Source of the DNA: Candidatus Latescibacterota bacterium
GTDB lineage: Bacteria; Krumholzibacteriota; Krumholzibacteriia; WVZY01
DNA: 64,000 nucleotides
NCBI GenBank assembly: GCA_963791045.1
Contig: CAWBQK010000007.1
Span: 160,001 to 224,000, forward strand
Direction: 5' to 3'
The position numbers were made by a program, and so were the translations under genes. Position 1 is the stretch's first letter. The number at the start of each line of letters is the position of its first letter. The notes under the pieces are model-generated. The model saw only the letters and a list, made by a program, of their open reading frames with translations, was not told where the DNA came from and searched no databases. Below, in pieces: positions 30,155-39,737 of this stretch.

Positions 30155-31939
30155 CTAGTAGACCCGCCCCCGATAGTCTTCGATGACGCTTTCCTCTTTG
30201 AGCATCTCGTACCAGTAGGCCGTATAGGTCTGTATCTTCTGAGATTCGATATTGTCCCTCAACTGTCCAGCCCTCGCCTGGAAATCCGCACGGTCGAGTT
30301 CGGACTTTGTTAGGACACGGAGGACGACAAACGATCTCCGGAACTCAACCGGTGGGCACACCTGGCCGGGACCGGTTTTAACGGCTGCGGCGGCTACGGC
30401 GCTGTTGGGGCCGAATCCCTCGAGGTTGTCCGTCGCTTTGAACAATCCCGATTCCTTCGCCGTGAGTTCGTACGTCGCCAGCGCTTCATCGAATGTCCCG
30501 GACTGGGTTTTTCTGTAGAAGGCTCGCGCGTTTCTTAAGGTAGCGTCTTTTCTCGCTTCGAACACCAGGCGGAGCTTGATTGATTCGGTGACATCGGCGA
30601 GCGGGCGCGTGGCTTCAGGGATTCTGTCGACGACGCGAGCGATGTAGACGTTCTTCTCATCGCGGACGAGTTGACTGAGCGATCCCACTTCATTGCCGAA
30701 CGCGAAGATGTTGAGGTTCGGAACGAAACCAAGCGTTCCGATGGGCGCGCCTTCCGTGAAGGGCTCCGGAGTGACGAGCGTATATTCCTTTTCAGTGACG
30801 GCGACGTCGAGACCCACTTCGTCGGCCCGATCGCGGAGCTCATTCGCCGTTGTGTACAGCGAGTCCACCGTCTGCCGACTCAGCGCGGTCTTGATCAGGA
30901 TTTCCTGAGCATTGTACTTGGTCTGACCGTCTTCTTCTTTTTTCTCGATGAGTTTGATTACGTAGAAGCCGTCGCCGCTCGAGAACGGTTCGCTGATCTC
31001 ATCGGTGGCGAGACTGTCAAGGGTTTCGAAGTAGATTTCATCGCGTTGACCGCGGACCAGAAAACCGGTATTACCCTCGACATGAGCCGTCGGAGCCTCC
31101 GAATAGGTGCTGGCCAGCACGCCGAAATCCTCGCCCCCGACGAGCTGCTCCCGGACACGCCCGGCGGCGAACCCTGCGTCGTCGATATCCGACGCGCTTG
31201 GCGTCAGCTCGAAACGAACGACATCGAGCCGCGCCTTCGCGGGGTCGACGAATTCATCCTGGTTCGAGTTGTAATACTCCTCAATTTCCTGATCGGTGGG
31301 TGTGAAATCATCGAGTTCGGTCTCGTCGATCCGGAACTCGACGTACGACATCGTCATCTCGAGCTTTTCCATCTCGTATGCGAGTTCCACCTCATCGTCC
31401 GTAACAAAAACCTCGGCCGCAAGGTAGTTCTGCAGTTTGAGTCTGGGAATCCTCTCGCGGGCGAGCGCTTCGAGGTTCGTCCAGTCGATCTCTGGGTTGT
31501 TAAGGGCCGTCTGGTACGATTGGTCATCGAAGTTGCCCTGATCGTCCAGGAAGTACTGACGGATCTCGGGGGGCGGACTGGATCTCAGATAGCTGACGAT
31601 TTCTTCATTGGTTACCGTGATGCCCAGTTTATCGATTTGCTGGTCGGTGAGGACGGTATAAATCAGGTTGTCCCACGCCTGGGTTGCAATGAACTGTTCC
31701 TGCGAGTACGTGAGTTGTTCATTCGAGGCCGCACGGAACTGGCCGGCCAGCATCTCGTAGAATGATTGGTATTGGGCTCGCGTGATTTGTACACCGTTGA
31801 CCGTTCCCATTATGCCGGGGTCGCTTACCTGGGTGCCGGTTTCGAGGTCGAGCCCCCAAACGGCGAAGATCGTCACAACGAAGGCGACCACGACTATCCA
31901 CAGAACGATTCTAGTGTTCTCACGCAGTTTATGCATCAT
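30155..31939 (-). CDS. PpiD/SurA-family periplasmic chaperone with a parvulin domain
   Basis: MMHKLRE + TM anchor, GTVNGVQIT (SurA_N), GEDFGVLASTYSE (rotamase). Confidence 0.85.
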   Translation of the reverse strand: MMHKLRENTRIVLWIVVVAFVVTIFAVWGLDLETGTQVSDPGIMGTVNGVQITRAQYQSFYEMLAGQFRAASNEQLTYSQEQFIATQAWDNLIYTVLTDQQIDKLGITVTNEEIVSYLRSSPPPEIRQYFLDDQGNFDDQSYQTALNNPEIDWTNLEALARERIPRLKLQNYLAAEVFVTDDEVELAYEMEKLEMTMSYVEFRIDETELDDFTPTDQEIEEYYNSNQDEFVDPAKARLDVVRFELTPSASDIDDAGFAAGRVREQLVGGEDFGVLASTYSEAPTAHVEGNTGFLVRGQRDEIYFETLDSLATDEISEPFSSGDGFYVIKLIEKKEEDGQTKYNAQEILIKTALSRQTVDSLYTTANELRDRADEVGLDVAVTEKEYTLVTPEPFTEGAPIGTLGFVPNLNIFAFGNEVGSLSQLVRDEKNVYIARVVDRIPEATRPLADVTESIKLRLVFEARKDATLRNARAFYRKTQSGTFDEALATYELTAKESGLFKATDNLEGFGPNSAVAAAAVKTGPGQVCPPVEFRRSFVVLRVLTKSELDRADFQARAGQLRDNIESQKIQTYTAYWYEMLKEESVIEDYRGRVY

Positions 31940-32082
31940 ATCGCATCGAACTCCTCTGAATTTGATCAAGAGATATAAAAATTTGGCAGGGGAAAGATTA
32001 ACACATAGGTGGGCCCGGCGCAAGATCAGGTGCGATGAAAGTGTATGTCCGGGCGGAATTTCGGCCGGCCGCGGGGCAGTTG

Positions 32083-32112
32083 TTGACAGTCGTCGAAGCG
32101 GGGTGATACGTT
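32083..32112 (+). promoter_or_regulatory. putative sigma70 promoter of the M23 peptidase-dnaE run
   Basis: TTGACA-18 nt-TACGTT with a TG extended -10. Confidence 0.5.
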
Positions 32113-32135
32113 TGCCCCGTTTTAAGGGGTTAACC

Positions 32136-34163
32136 ATGAAATCACGGCTCAATATTTTGATTCTGGCAGTCGCTGCGGCCGCCGCGGGCATGTTCGGCGT
32201 ATCGGCTGGCGGCGCCATGGGGGGGCAGGATCCGGCCTCACGGATGTGGCCACTCGATGTGAGGATCAACCTGTCATCGAGCTTCGCCGAGTTCAGGTCC
32301 GGACACCTTCATGCCGGCCTGGACATTCGCACGTTCGGGCGCGAGGGGATTCCGTGCAGGGCTGTCGACGACGGGTACGTGTCGAGGCTGCGGGCGTCAC
32401 AGTTCGGGTATGGCAAGGCGGTCTATCTAAAGCTGGCCACCGGCGAAACGGTGGTTTACGCCCACCTGGCGGAGTATACGGCGCGGATAGACAGCGTGGT
32501 ATTTGAGGCACAGCTGAAATCGAACGGCTACCGTGTCGATGTTCATCTGGATCCGGTTGATTTGCCCGTCAAACGCGGTCAGATTATTGGCTACACGGGA
32601 CGCACCGGGTCGACCGCGCCGCATCTTCACTTCGAGGTTCGCAATGTGCGCGAACAACCCATAAACCCGCTCGACGCCGGGTGGGAACTTAAGGACGAGA
32701 TCCCGCCGCTGCTGAGAAGAATAAAATGGTACCCGGTATCGAAGGACTCTCGGGTCAATGGGTGGTGCGCGGCGGATGTAGTCGAGCTTAGTCAGGTCGA
32801 TTCAAAGACCTCCGTAACTGAAGACACGATGAAGGTTGCGGGCCGGGTCGGTCTCGCCGTCGACGTTATCGATCGGCTGACCACGGCTTCCGGCAAACTT
32901 GCCCCTTACCGTGTCGAGTTGAGTATCGACGGGCGGCTGGTCACTTCTTTGGAACTCAAACGGTTTTCGTACGATCACACGCGTGAGGTGGAGCTCGCGT
33001 ACGACATGGGAACGGCCAGAACCCTCGGGCGGCACTACCTCTTTTTGTTCAAGAGAGAGGGAGAGACTCTTTGGAACCGCGAATTCGTCGAGGATGGGAT
33101 CATCGACGCCGATTCGCTCGCCGCGACGGGACGGATACACCACGCGATTGTTCGTGCGTACGACAAGTGGGGCCACGTGTCGACTGCCACACTTCCGTTT
33201 GTGGTGGTTTCTGGAACGGGCGTTGGTGGGGATTCCTCGAATCCAGGAATCAAACAGGTCCGTCACGACGACCCGGGGACGGGAGAGCTGCCCGGCTGTT
33301 ATTTTTTCGGCGCCGTGGCGAGTATCGAACGTCTTTCGGCCGTTGGAGGGGCCGCCGATGGGGCGCCGTCTGGCAAGGTGATCGGCTGGGGAGACATTCC
33401 CGACGCGGGGACGACATTCCGGATCGCGGACCCGGGGTATCCGATCGACATTCATATATTTCCCGTCCGCGCCGGCGAAGCTCTCGTGAGGGATTTTCCC
33501 GAAATCGGCGTCGGCATGTCGACGAAGGGCGGGTCGTTCTACTCGGATACGCACGTTTATCTCGCGCGTTGGGAAGGCGACGTCGGGCGAACATCGTTTC
33601 CCAGAGAAGCGATCTCGCCGTCTTCACGGGCGGTCAGGCTCGGACCCATGTCGCTCGCGCTCAAAGGGTCGGTCGAAGTACGCTTTCCACTCGAGCGTGA
33701 TGTTGCCGACAACGAAGCGGTGTTTCATTTCGACGAACGGAAAAAGCGCTGGTCTTTCCAGTCGTCGTTTGTCCGCGGCGACACGGTCAGCTCGTTCGTC
33801 CGCCAGCCGGGTGTTTACGCTGTGTTCGTGGACTCGGTTGCGCCGGAGATTTCAGCGCCGCGAATTGAATTTCAAAAGAGTTACGATACAGGATATTCGC
33901 TTCCCGCGATTGTTGTGCCCATAGCCGAGGAGGGCAGCGGTCTCGATGTCGAGAAAACAGAAATATACATCGATGCAAACAAACAAATTGCGAGATGGGA
34001 CGGTTTTTTACAAAAGATGTTTATTCTGATTCGAAACCAAAATATAATCGGTAAACGCGATATCTCCGTCATGGCGGTGGATCGGGTAGGAAACGTTTCC
34101 AGAACAAATGCTCGAATTGACATACCGGCGGGTGTGCCGACGCCCGGTGGAAGGACCGAATAG
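32136..34163 (+). CDS. M23-family metallopeptidase, large secreted form
   Basis: Signal peptide, FAEFRSGHLHAGLD, YAHL and PHLHFEVR. Confidence 0.85.
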   Translation: MKSRLNILILAVAAAAAGMFGVSAGGAMGGQDPASRMWPLDVRINLSSSFAEFRSGHLHAGLDIRTFGREGIPCRAVDDGYVSRLRASQFGYGKAVYLKLATGETVVYAHLAEYTARIDSVVFEAQLKSNGYRVDVHLDPVDLPVKRGQIIGYTGRTGSTAPHLHFEVRNVREQPINPLDAGWELKDEIPPLLRRIKWYPVSKDSRVNGWCAADVVELSQVDSKTSVTEDTMKVAGRVGLAVDVIDRLTTASGKLAPYRVELSIDGRLVTSLELKRFSYDHTREVELAYDMGTARTLGRHYLFLFKREGETLWNREFVEDGIIDADSLAATGRIHHAIVRAYDKWGHVSTATLPFVVVSGTGVGGDSSNPGIKQVRHDDPGTGELPGCYFFGAVASIERLSAVGGAADGAPSGKVIGWGDIPDAGTTFRIADPGYPIDIHIFPVRAGEALVRDFPEIGVGMSTKGGSFYSDTHVYLARWEGDVGRTSFPREAISPSSRAVRLGPMSLALKGSVEVRFPLERDVADNEAVFHFDERKKRWSFQSSFVRGDTVSSFVRQPGVYAVFVDSVAPEISAPRIEFQKSYDTGYSLPAIVVPIAEEGSGLDVEKTEIYIDANKQIARWDGFLQKMFILIRNQNIIGKRDISVMAVDRVGNVSRTNARIDIPAGVPTPGGRTE

Positions 34164-34164
34164 A

Positions 34165-37100
34165 ATGCCCCGTGATTTTGTGCACCTCCATGTTCACTCT
34201 GAATACAGTCTCCTCGATGGCGCGATAAGAGTCGATAAGCTTGTCAAGCGAACCAAAGAACTGGGAATGAAATCCGTCGCGCTTACCGACCATGGAAACA
34301 TGTTCGGAGCAGTGCGGTTTTATCGTACGGCGCGGCAGGAGGGAATCAAGCCGATCCTGGGTATGGAAGCTTATGTTACGCGCGGGAGCCGTTCGGACAA
34401 GGCGAAGAAGAAGGGCGAACTCGCTCAGATAAACCACCTGATCCTCCTCGCATACAACAACGCCGGTTACCAGAACCTGATGAAGTTGAGCTCGGTTGGT
34501 TACCTCGAGGGTTTCTATTACAAGCCGCGCATCGATATGGAGATCCTTTCCGAAAATTGCGACGGATTGATCGCAATGAGTTCGTGTCTCCGCGGAGACA
34601 TCCCGCAGACGGTACTCCACGAAGGTGTCGACGCGGCGAAAGCGAAGGCAGAACGCCTCCAGGAACTCTTTGGAAAAAACAATTTCTATCTCGAACTCCA
34701 GGACCATGGGATCGATGATGAAATAAAAGCCAAAGACGGGATCATAAAACTGTCCCGGGACACGGGCATCCCGCTGGTTGCGTCGAACGATGCTCACTAC
34801 CTGCACAAGGATGATGCCGAGGCGCACGAAGTTTTGCTCTGCCTCCAGACGGGGAGTGATTTCGATGATCCGCGGCGGTTTCGTTTCCGTACAAACGAGT
34901 TGTATTTCAAAACACAGGACGAAATGTACGAACTCTTCGGCGAAGTTCCCGAAGCGCTGGAGAACACTCTTGATATCGCCGAGCGATGTAACGTCGAACT
35001 CGATGAGGATACCTTTCACCTGCCGCAGTTTCCGCTCCCCGACGGGGTGGAATCCAATTCGCACTACCTGAGAAAGCTTGCCGACGATGGAGTTCGCGAG
35101 CGTTTCGGCGAGCCGACCGATGAGATCACGGACCGTCTGGACTTCGAACTCTCCGTTATCGACCGCATGGACTACGGTGGTTACTTTCTTATCGTGAGGG
35201 ATATCGTCAACCATGCACGGAGCGAGGGAATCCCCGTGGGGCCGGGAAGGGGAAGCGCGGCGGGAAGCCTGCTTTGTTACGTTCTCGGAATCACCGACGT
35301 TGATCCGCTCGATCAACACCTTCTCTTCGAGAGGATGCTCAACCCGGAACGTGTGAGTATGCCGGACATCGATATCGACTTTTGCTTCGAGCGGCGCGAC
35401 GAGGTTATTCGCTATGTCATCGACCGCTACGGCAAGGACAAGGTTTGTCAGATAATCACCTTCGGCACCATGGCGGCACGCGGGGTTGTGCGCGACGTTG
35501 GGCGTGTGCTGGGGCTGTCCTATTCCGAAGTGGACCGGATCGCAAAACTCATTCCCAGTTTGCCGGGGACGTCTTTGGAAGAAGCGATCTCGTCGATCCC
35601 CGATCTGCAGCGGATGACGGCGGACGATCACCCCTATAAGAAACTCATGAGTCTCTCACTGACCCTCGAAGGGATCACGCGGCACGCGTCAATTCACGCC
35701 GCCGGAATGATTATTACTCCGACCGAGTTAACAAACCACGTCCCACTTTATCGTACGGCCAAAGGCGAAGTGACAAGCCAGTTCGATATGAAGAGCGCGG
35801 AAGCGGTGGGGCTTCTCAAGATCGATGTTTTGGGGTTACGGACACTGACGGTGATCGACAAGGCGATCCGCATGATCGAAAAAAATCACGGGATAAAGAT
35901 CGATCCCGCCCGGATACCGGTCGACGACGTAAAGACTTTTGAACTGCTCAGGGAGGCGGGGACGGTTGGAGTTTTCCAGTTGGAAAGCTCGGGGATGCGC
36001 GAACTTCTCAAGAACCTCCAGCCCGAATTCTTCAGCGATATCGTCGCGGTCAACGCGTTGTACAGACCGGGCCCGCTCGGGAGCGACATGCACACGCTGT
36101 TTGTCGACTGCAAACACGGCCGCAAAAAGGTCAGGTTCGAGCATCCGCTGCTCGAGCCGATACTCAAGGAGACCTACGGCGTTATCCTTTACCAGGAACA
36201 GGTGATGAAGATCGCCAGCACGCTTGCCGGCTTCAGCCTCGGCGAGGCGGATTTTCTCCGCAAGGCCATGGGCAAGAAGGACAAGGCCGCGATGGCGAAG
36301 CAAAAAAAGAAGTTCATGGAGGGGGCAACAAAAGCCGGTATCGCGCAGAAAAAATCTGAGAAGATCTTCGGCCAGGTCGAGAAGTTTGCCAGCTACGGTT
36401 TTAACAAATCGCACAGCGCCGCTTACGCCGTGATTTCCGTCCGTACGGCGTATTTAAAAGCCAATCACCCGCCCGAGTTTATGGCTGCGAACCTGACGAG
36501 CGAAATCGACGACAGTGACCGGATTCTGATTCTTCTCGAAGACTGTAAAGAATTGGGGATCGAATGTATCACCCCCGACATCAATCGCTGCGATGCCGAG
36601 TTCAAAGCCGAAGACGGGACGATTTTCTTCGGATTGGCGGCGGTCAAGAATGTTGGGATGAACGCGATTACTCATATAATCGCGGAACGAGAGGCGAACG
36701 GCCCATTCAAGTCTCTCTTCGACCTCTGCTCGCGGATCAGTTCCAAGATGGTGAACCGCCGGGTTATCGAAAGCCTGATCCAGTCCGGCGCGCTCGATCA
36801 GATTCCGGGGCACCGGGCGCAGAAGTTCCAGAGCCTCAATGGCGTTCTCGAGAAAACTTCAAGGAATTCGCGCGACGCGGAAAGAGGCCAAATCGCTCTG
36901 TTCACCGGTGAACAGGCCCTCGTCGACGACCGTCTCGAAGAATGTGAACCGTGGAGTTCTCCGGAGAAGCTGCGGAGAGAGAAAGAATCTCTCGGTTTCT
37001 TTCTTTCGGGGCACCCGCTCGATAAGTACAAAGGGTGGCTCGACGTTCTCAGCACCGCCACGACATCCAAGCTGAAGGCAAGCTCGAATGGGAAGCACGT

Positions 37101-37605
37101 CGTCATCGGCGGCGTTGTTAGCGGTGTGAAGAATACTTTCGACAAAAAACAACAACCGATGGCGTTCGTTACGCTCGAAGATACTGAAGGCCAGGCCGAG
37201 GCGGTCATGTTTTCGGATATTCTCGAAAAAAACAAGCAACACATATCGCCCGACCGTGTGCTCTTGTTCGAGGGGAAAGTGTCGAACCGGAACGGCGAAG
37301 GCAAAATACTGGTCAACTCGGTCAAGCCTATCGATGACGAGAGTCCGCCGGAACCCAAGGAAGTACACATCACCCTCGACGTCGCTAAAATGAAAGAGCA
37401 AGACGTCGAACGGATGAAAACTCTTTTGTCAAAAAACACCGGTGACGCGCTCTTGTTTTTTCATGTAAAGAACGAAGGCAAGGACGAGTGTATTGTCAGG
37501 TCGAAGTCGCTGAGCGTAAAACTCGATTATGACGGGCTCGCCGAACTCTCCGGATCGGTGGGCGCAAACAACATCGAACTCATCCCGGGTGTGTCCAAAA
37601 AGTGA
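34165..37605 (+). CDS. dnaE: DNA polymerase III alpha subunit
   Basis: HLHVHSEYSLLDG, GPGRGSAAGS, PDIDIDF, GVFQLES, YGFNKSHS and an OB fold. Confidence 0.98.
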   Translation: MPRDFVHLHVHSEYSLLDGAIRVDKLVKRTKELGMKSVALTDHGNMFGAVRFYRTARQEGIKPILGMEAYVTRGSRSDKAKKKGELAQINHLILLAYNNAGYQNLMKLSSVGYLEGFYYKPRIDMEILSENCDGLIAMSSCLRGDIPQTVLHEGVDAAKAKAERLQELFGKNNFYLELQDHGIDDEIKAKDGIIKLSRDTGIPLVASNDAHYLHKDDAEAHEVLLCLQTGSDFDDPRRFRFRTNELYFKTQDEMYELFGEVPEALENTLDIAERCNVELDEDTFHLPQFPLPDGVESNSHYLRKLADDGVRERFGEPTDEITDRLDFELSVIDRMDYGGYFLIVRDIVNHARSEGIPVGPGRGSAAGSLLCYVLGITDVDPLDQHLLFERMLNPERVSMPDIDIDFCFERRDEVIRYVIDRYGKDKVCQIITFGTMAARGVVRDVGRVLGLSYSEVDRIAKLIPSLPGTSLEEAISSIPDLQRMTADDHPYKKLMSLSLTLEGITRHASIHAAGMIITPTELTNHVPLYRTAKGEVTSQFDMKSAEAVGLLKIDVLGLRTLTVIDKAIRMIEKNHGIKIDPARIPVDDVKTFELLREAGTVGVFQLESSGMRELLKNLQPEFFSDIVAVNALYRPGPLGSDMHTLFVDCKHGRKKVRFEHPLLEPILKETYGVILYQEQVMKIASTLAGFSLGEADFLRKAMGKKDKAAMAKQKKKFMEGATKAGIAQKKSEKIFGQVEKFASYGFNKSHSAAYAVISVRTAYLKANHPPEFMAANLTSEIDDSDRILILLEDCKELGIECITPDINRCDAEFKAEDGTIFFGLAAVKNVGMNAITHIIAEREANGPFKSLFDLCSRISSKMVNRRVIESLIQSGALDQIPGHRAQKFQSLNGVLEKTSRNSRDAERGQIALFTGEQALVDDRLEECEPWSSPEKLRREKESLGFFLSGHPLDKYKGWLDVLSTATTSKLKASSNGKHVVIGGVVSGVKNTFDKKQQPMAFVTLEDTEGQAEAVMFSDILEKNKQHISPDRVLLFEGKVSNRNGEGKILVNSVKPIDDESPPEPKEVHITLDVAKMKEQDVERMKTLLSKNTGDALLFFHVKNEGKDECIVRSKSLSVKLDYDGLAELSGSVGANNIELIPGVSKK

Positions 37606-37612
37606 CGAAGTC

Positions 37613-38377
37613 ATGACAAAAAAAACCGCTCTTGTGATTGGTTTCGCGGTGTGGGTCTTGTGTCTTGGAAGTGCGGGACCGGTGGGCGCCCAGCCAAACG
37701 AACCGCTGTACGTCATTGATCATCCGACCGCTGGTCTCCTGCCGCATGGATTCTACGAGGTGAGGGGCAAGATCGGCCCCGAAACCAGTTTCCTGGGCGG
37801 GTTCAGGGTGGGCTTCAAGGATCGGGTTCAGATCGGCGTATCATTCGGCGCCCAGAATGTTCTCGGGTACGGAAACCCGGATTTGAACGACAAGCTCGGG
37901 TTTCAGGCACGATTGAGGGTGATCGAAGAGTCAAACGCTCCGGCACTGGCCGTGGGGTTCGACTCGCAGGGTCAGGGGCGGTATCATGGGGATCTCAAAC
38001 GATATGATCGAAAGTCGCCCGGGCTCTATGTCGTTGTCACTAAAAACTATACATTTGCTCTCGGGCAGTTGACCCCCAACGGGGGTGTGTCATTCACGAC
38101 GGAGAGGGAAGACGACAACGATCCCAACTTATTCTTCGGATTGAACTGGACGATCGCGAACCAGTTCTCGATATTGTTAGATATAGACGCGGCGCTCAAC
38201 GACAACGCCAACGACAGCGATTTCGGTCAGGGTGGAATCTATATAGACGCCGGGATGAGATGGTACTATGGTGAGAACCTGTTGATGACATTGATATTTC
38301 GCGATCTCTCTGGGAATTTTGGAATGAGCAGTGGCGTGGGTCGGGAGTTCGAGATCGCTTTCATCGAAGCATTTTGA
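37613..38377 (+). CDS. YjbH-like outer-membrane beta-barrel protein
   Basis: Signal peptide, PTAGLL, PALAVGFDSQG, alternating beta-strands and a terminal Phe. Confidence 0.55.
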   Translation: MTKKTALVIGFAVWVLCLGSAGPVGAQPNEPLYVIDHPTAGLLPHGFYEVRGKIGPETSFLGGFRVGFKDRVQIGVSFGAQNVLGYGNPDLNDKLGFQARLRVIEESNAPALAVGFDSQGQGRYHGDLKRYDRKSPGLYVVVTKNYTFALGQLTPNGGVSFTTEREDDNDPNLFFGLNWTIANQFSILLDIDAALNDNANDSDFGQGGIYIDAGMRWYYGENLLMTLIFRDLSGNFGMSSGVGREFEIAFIEAF

Positions 38378-38395
38378 TTTGTTGACGAGGAGATT

Positions 38396-39397
38396 GTGAT
38401 GGCGGCGGACGACAACCGGGTGGCGGGAGGCTCGGCAGGCCAGTATCTCGATTTCGAAAAACCGATAGTCGAGCTGGAAGGCAAAATTGCCGAGCTGAAA
38501 CAGCTGGCGTCGGTTCAAAACATCTCCGTTGAAGACGAGGTGAAGAAGCTCTCCGAAAAGGCGGAGAAGCTTCGCAAGGACATCTATTCCAAGCTCGGCC
38601 CCTGGCAGCATGTTCAGCTCGCCCGGCACCCCCTTCGCCCGTATACCACGGACTACATTCGGGAGATGAGCGACGATTTTATCGAGCTCCACGGCGACCG
38701 TTCTTTCGCCGATGATCCGTCGATTATCGGCGGGCTCATGACGCTCGAGGACAAGCGAATCGTTATCATCGGTCACCAGAAGGGCCGCAATACAAAAGAA
38801 AACATCCACAGAAATTTTGGAATGCCCCACCCTGAGGGGTACAGAAAAGCGCTCAGGTTGATGAAGCTCGCGGAGAAGTTCAACCTTCCCGTGGTGACGA
38901 TGATCGATACCCCCGGCGCGTACCCGGGTATAGGAGCGGAAGAACGTGGACAGGCAGAGGCGATAGCCAGGAATCTCCGGGAGATGTCGGGTCTGTCCGT
39001 GCCGATTCTTTCGATTGTTATTGGTGAGGGGGGGAGCGGTGGGGCGCTCGCTCTTGGAGTGGGGGACCGGATACTTATGCTCGAATATTCGATTTATGCG
39101 GTGATTTCTCCGGAGGGGTGCGCCGCGATTCTCTGGAAAGACCAGGCCAAGAACAAGGACGCCGCCGAGGCGTTGAAATTGACCTCAAAAGATCTCTTGT
39201 CGCTCGGGGTAATTGACCGAGTGATCAACGAACCCGACGGGGGAGCGCACAGGGATATGAAGACGATGGCGGCGGAGCTCGGACGGGTGATGTACGAGGA
39301 ACTTGATTATTTGCAGCACTTTGACTCGACGAAACTTATTGAAAAAAGAAGAAAAAAGTATATGAACATGGGCTTCTTTCACGAAAATTCGGCTTGA
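38396..39397 (+). CDS. accA: acetyl-CoA carboxylase carboxyltransferase subunit alpha
   Basis: YLDFEKPI, ELHGDR, PEGYRKA, DTPGAYPG and GEGGSGGAL. Confidence 0.98.
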   Translation: MMAADDNRVAGGSAGQYLDFEKPIVELEGKIAELKQLASVQNISVEDEVKKLSEKAEKLRKDIYSKLGPWQHVQLARHPLRPYTTDYIREMSDDFIELHGDRSFADDPSIIGGLMTLEDKRIVIIGHQKGRNTKENIHRNFGMPHPEGYRKALRLMKLAEKFNLPVVTMIDTPGAYPGIGAEERGQAEAIARNLREMSGLSVPILSIVIGEGGSGGALALGVGDRILMLEYSIYAVISPEGCAAILWKDQAKNKDAAEALKLTSKDLLSLGVIDRVINEPDGGAHRDMKTMAAELGRVMYEELDYLQHFDSTKLIEKRRKKYMNMGFFHENSA

Positions 39398-39503
39398 CAT
39401 GAGGCCCGGAATTGACTTAATATCTTGTTACCAGCCAATAGCTTCTGAGGATTTGATTGCTGATAACTTTCCCCACCACCCCTGTCCCTAGGGAGTCTTA
39501 GGC

Positions 39504-39677
39504 GTGATCAAACCTGAACTGCTCGAAATTCTGGCCTGCCCGAAGTGCAAAGAGAAGGTCGTACTGGATGAGGCCGGGAAGTATCTCAACTGTCATAGTT
39601 GTAAGCTGAAGTATCCGATAAACGAGCAGGACATTCCTATCATGCTCATCGACCGTGCCGAAAAGTTGGAGTTGTAG
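39504..39677 (+). CDS. Trm112/YcaR-family protein (57 aa, not in the ORF track)
   Basis: Manual translation MIKPELLEILACPKCKEKVVLDEAGKYLNCHSCKLKYPINEQDIPIMLIDRAEKLEL; GGGAG SD. Confidence 0.9.
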   Translation: MIKPELLEILACPKCKEKVVLDEAGKYLNCHSCKLKYPINEQDIPIMLIDRAEKLEL

Positions 39678-39737
39678 TATTACCCACGACTGCTAACGAA
39701 CCAACAACCCTGGGACCTTTGGATAACAAGACATCGA

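Noticed and set aside
31782-32269. Long N-terminal extensions of the ppiD-like and M23 ORFs, and similar ones on mglA, valS, dapL and hutI in the ORF track
   Set aside because: They cross promoters or neighbouring genes. Downstream starts with SD sequences and family-typical N-termini fit better.
34165-37605. Possible intein in dnaE
   Set aside because: The length (~1146 aa) is normal and no intein splice or LAGLIDADG motifs are visible.
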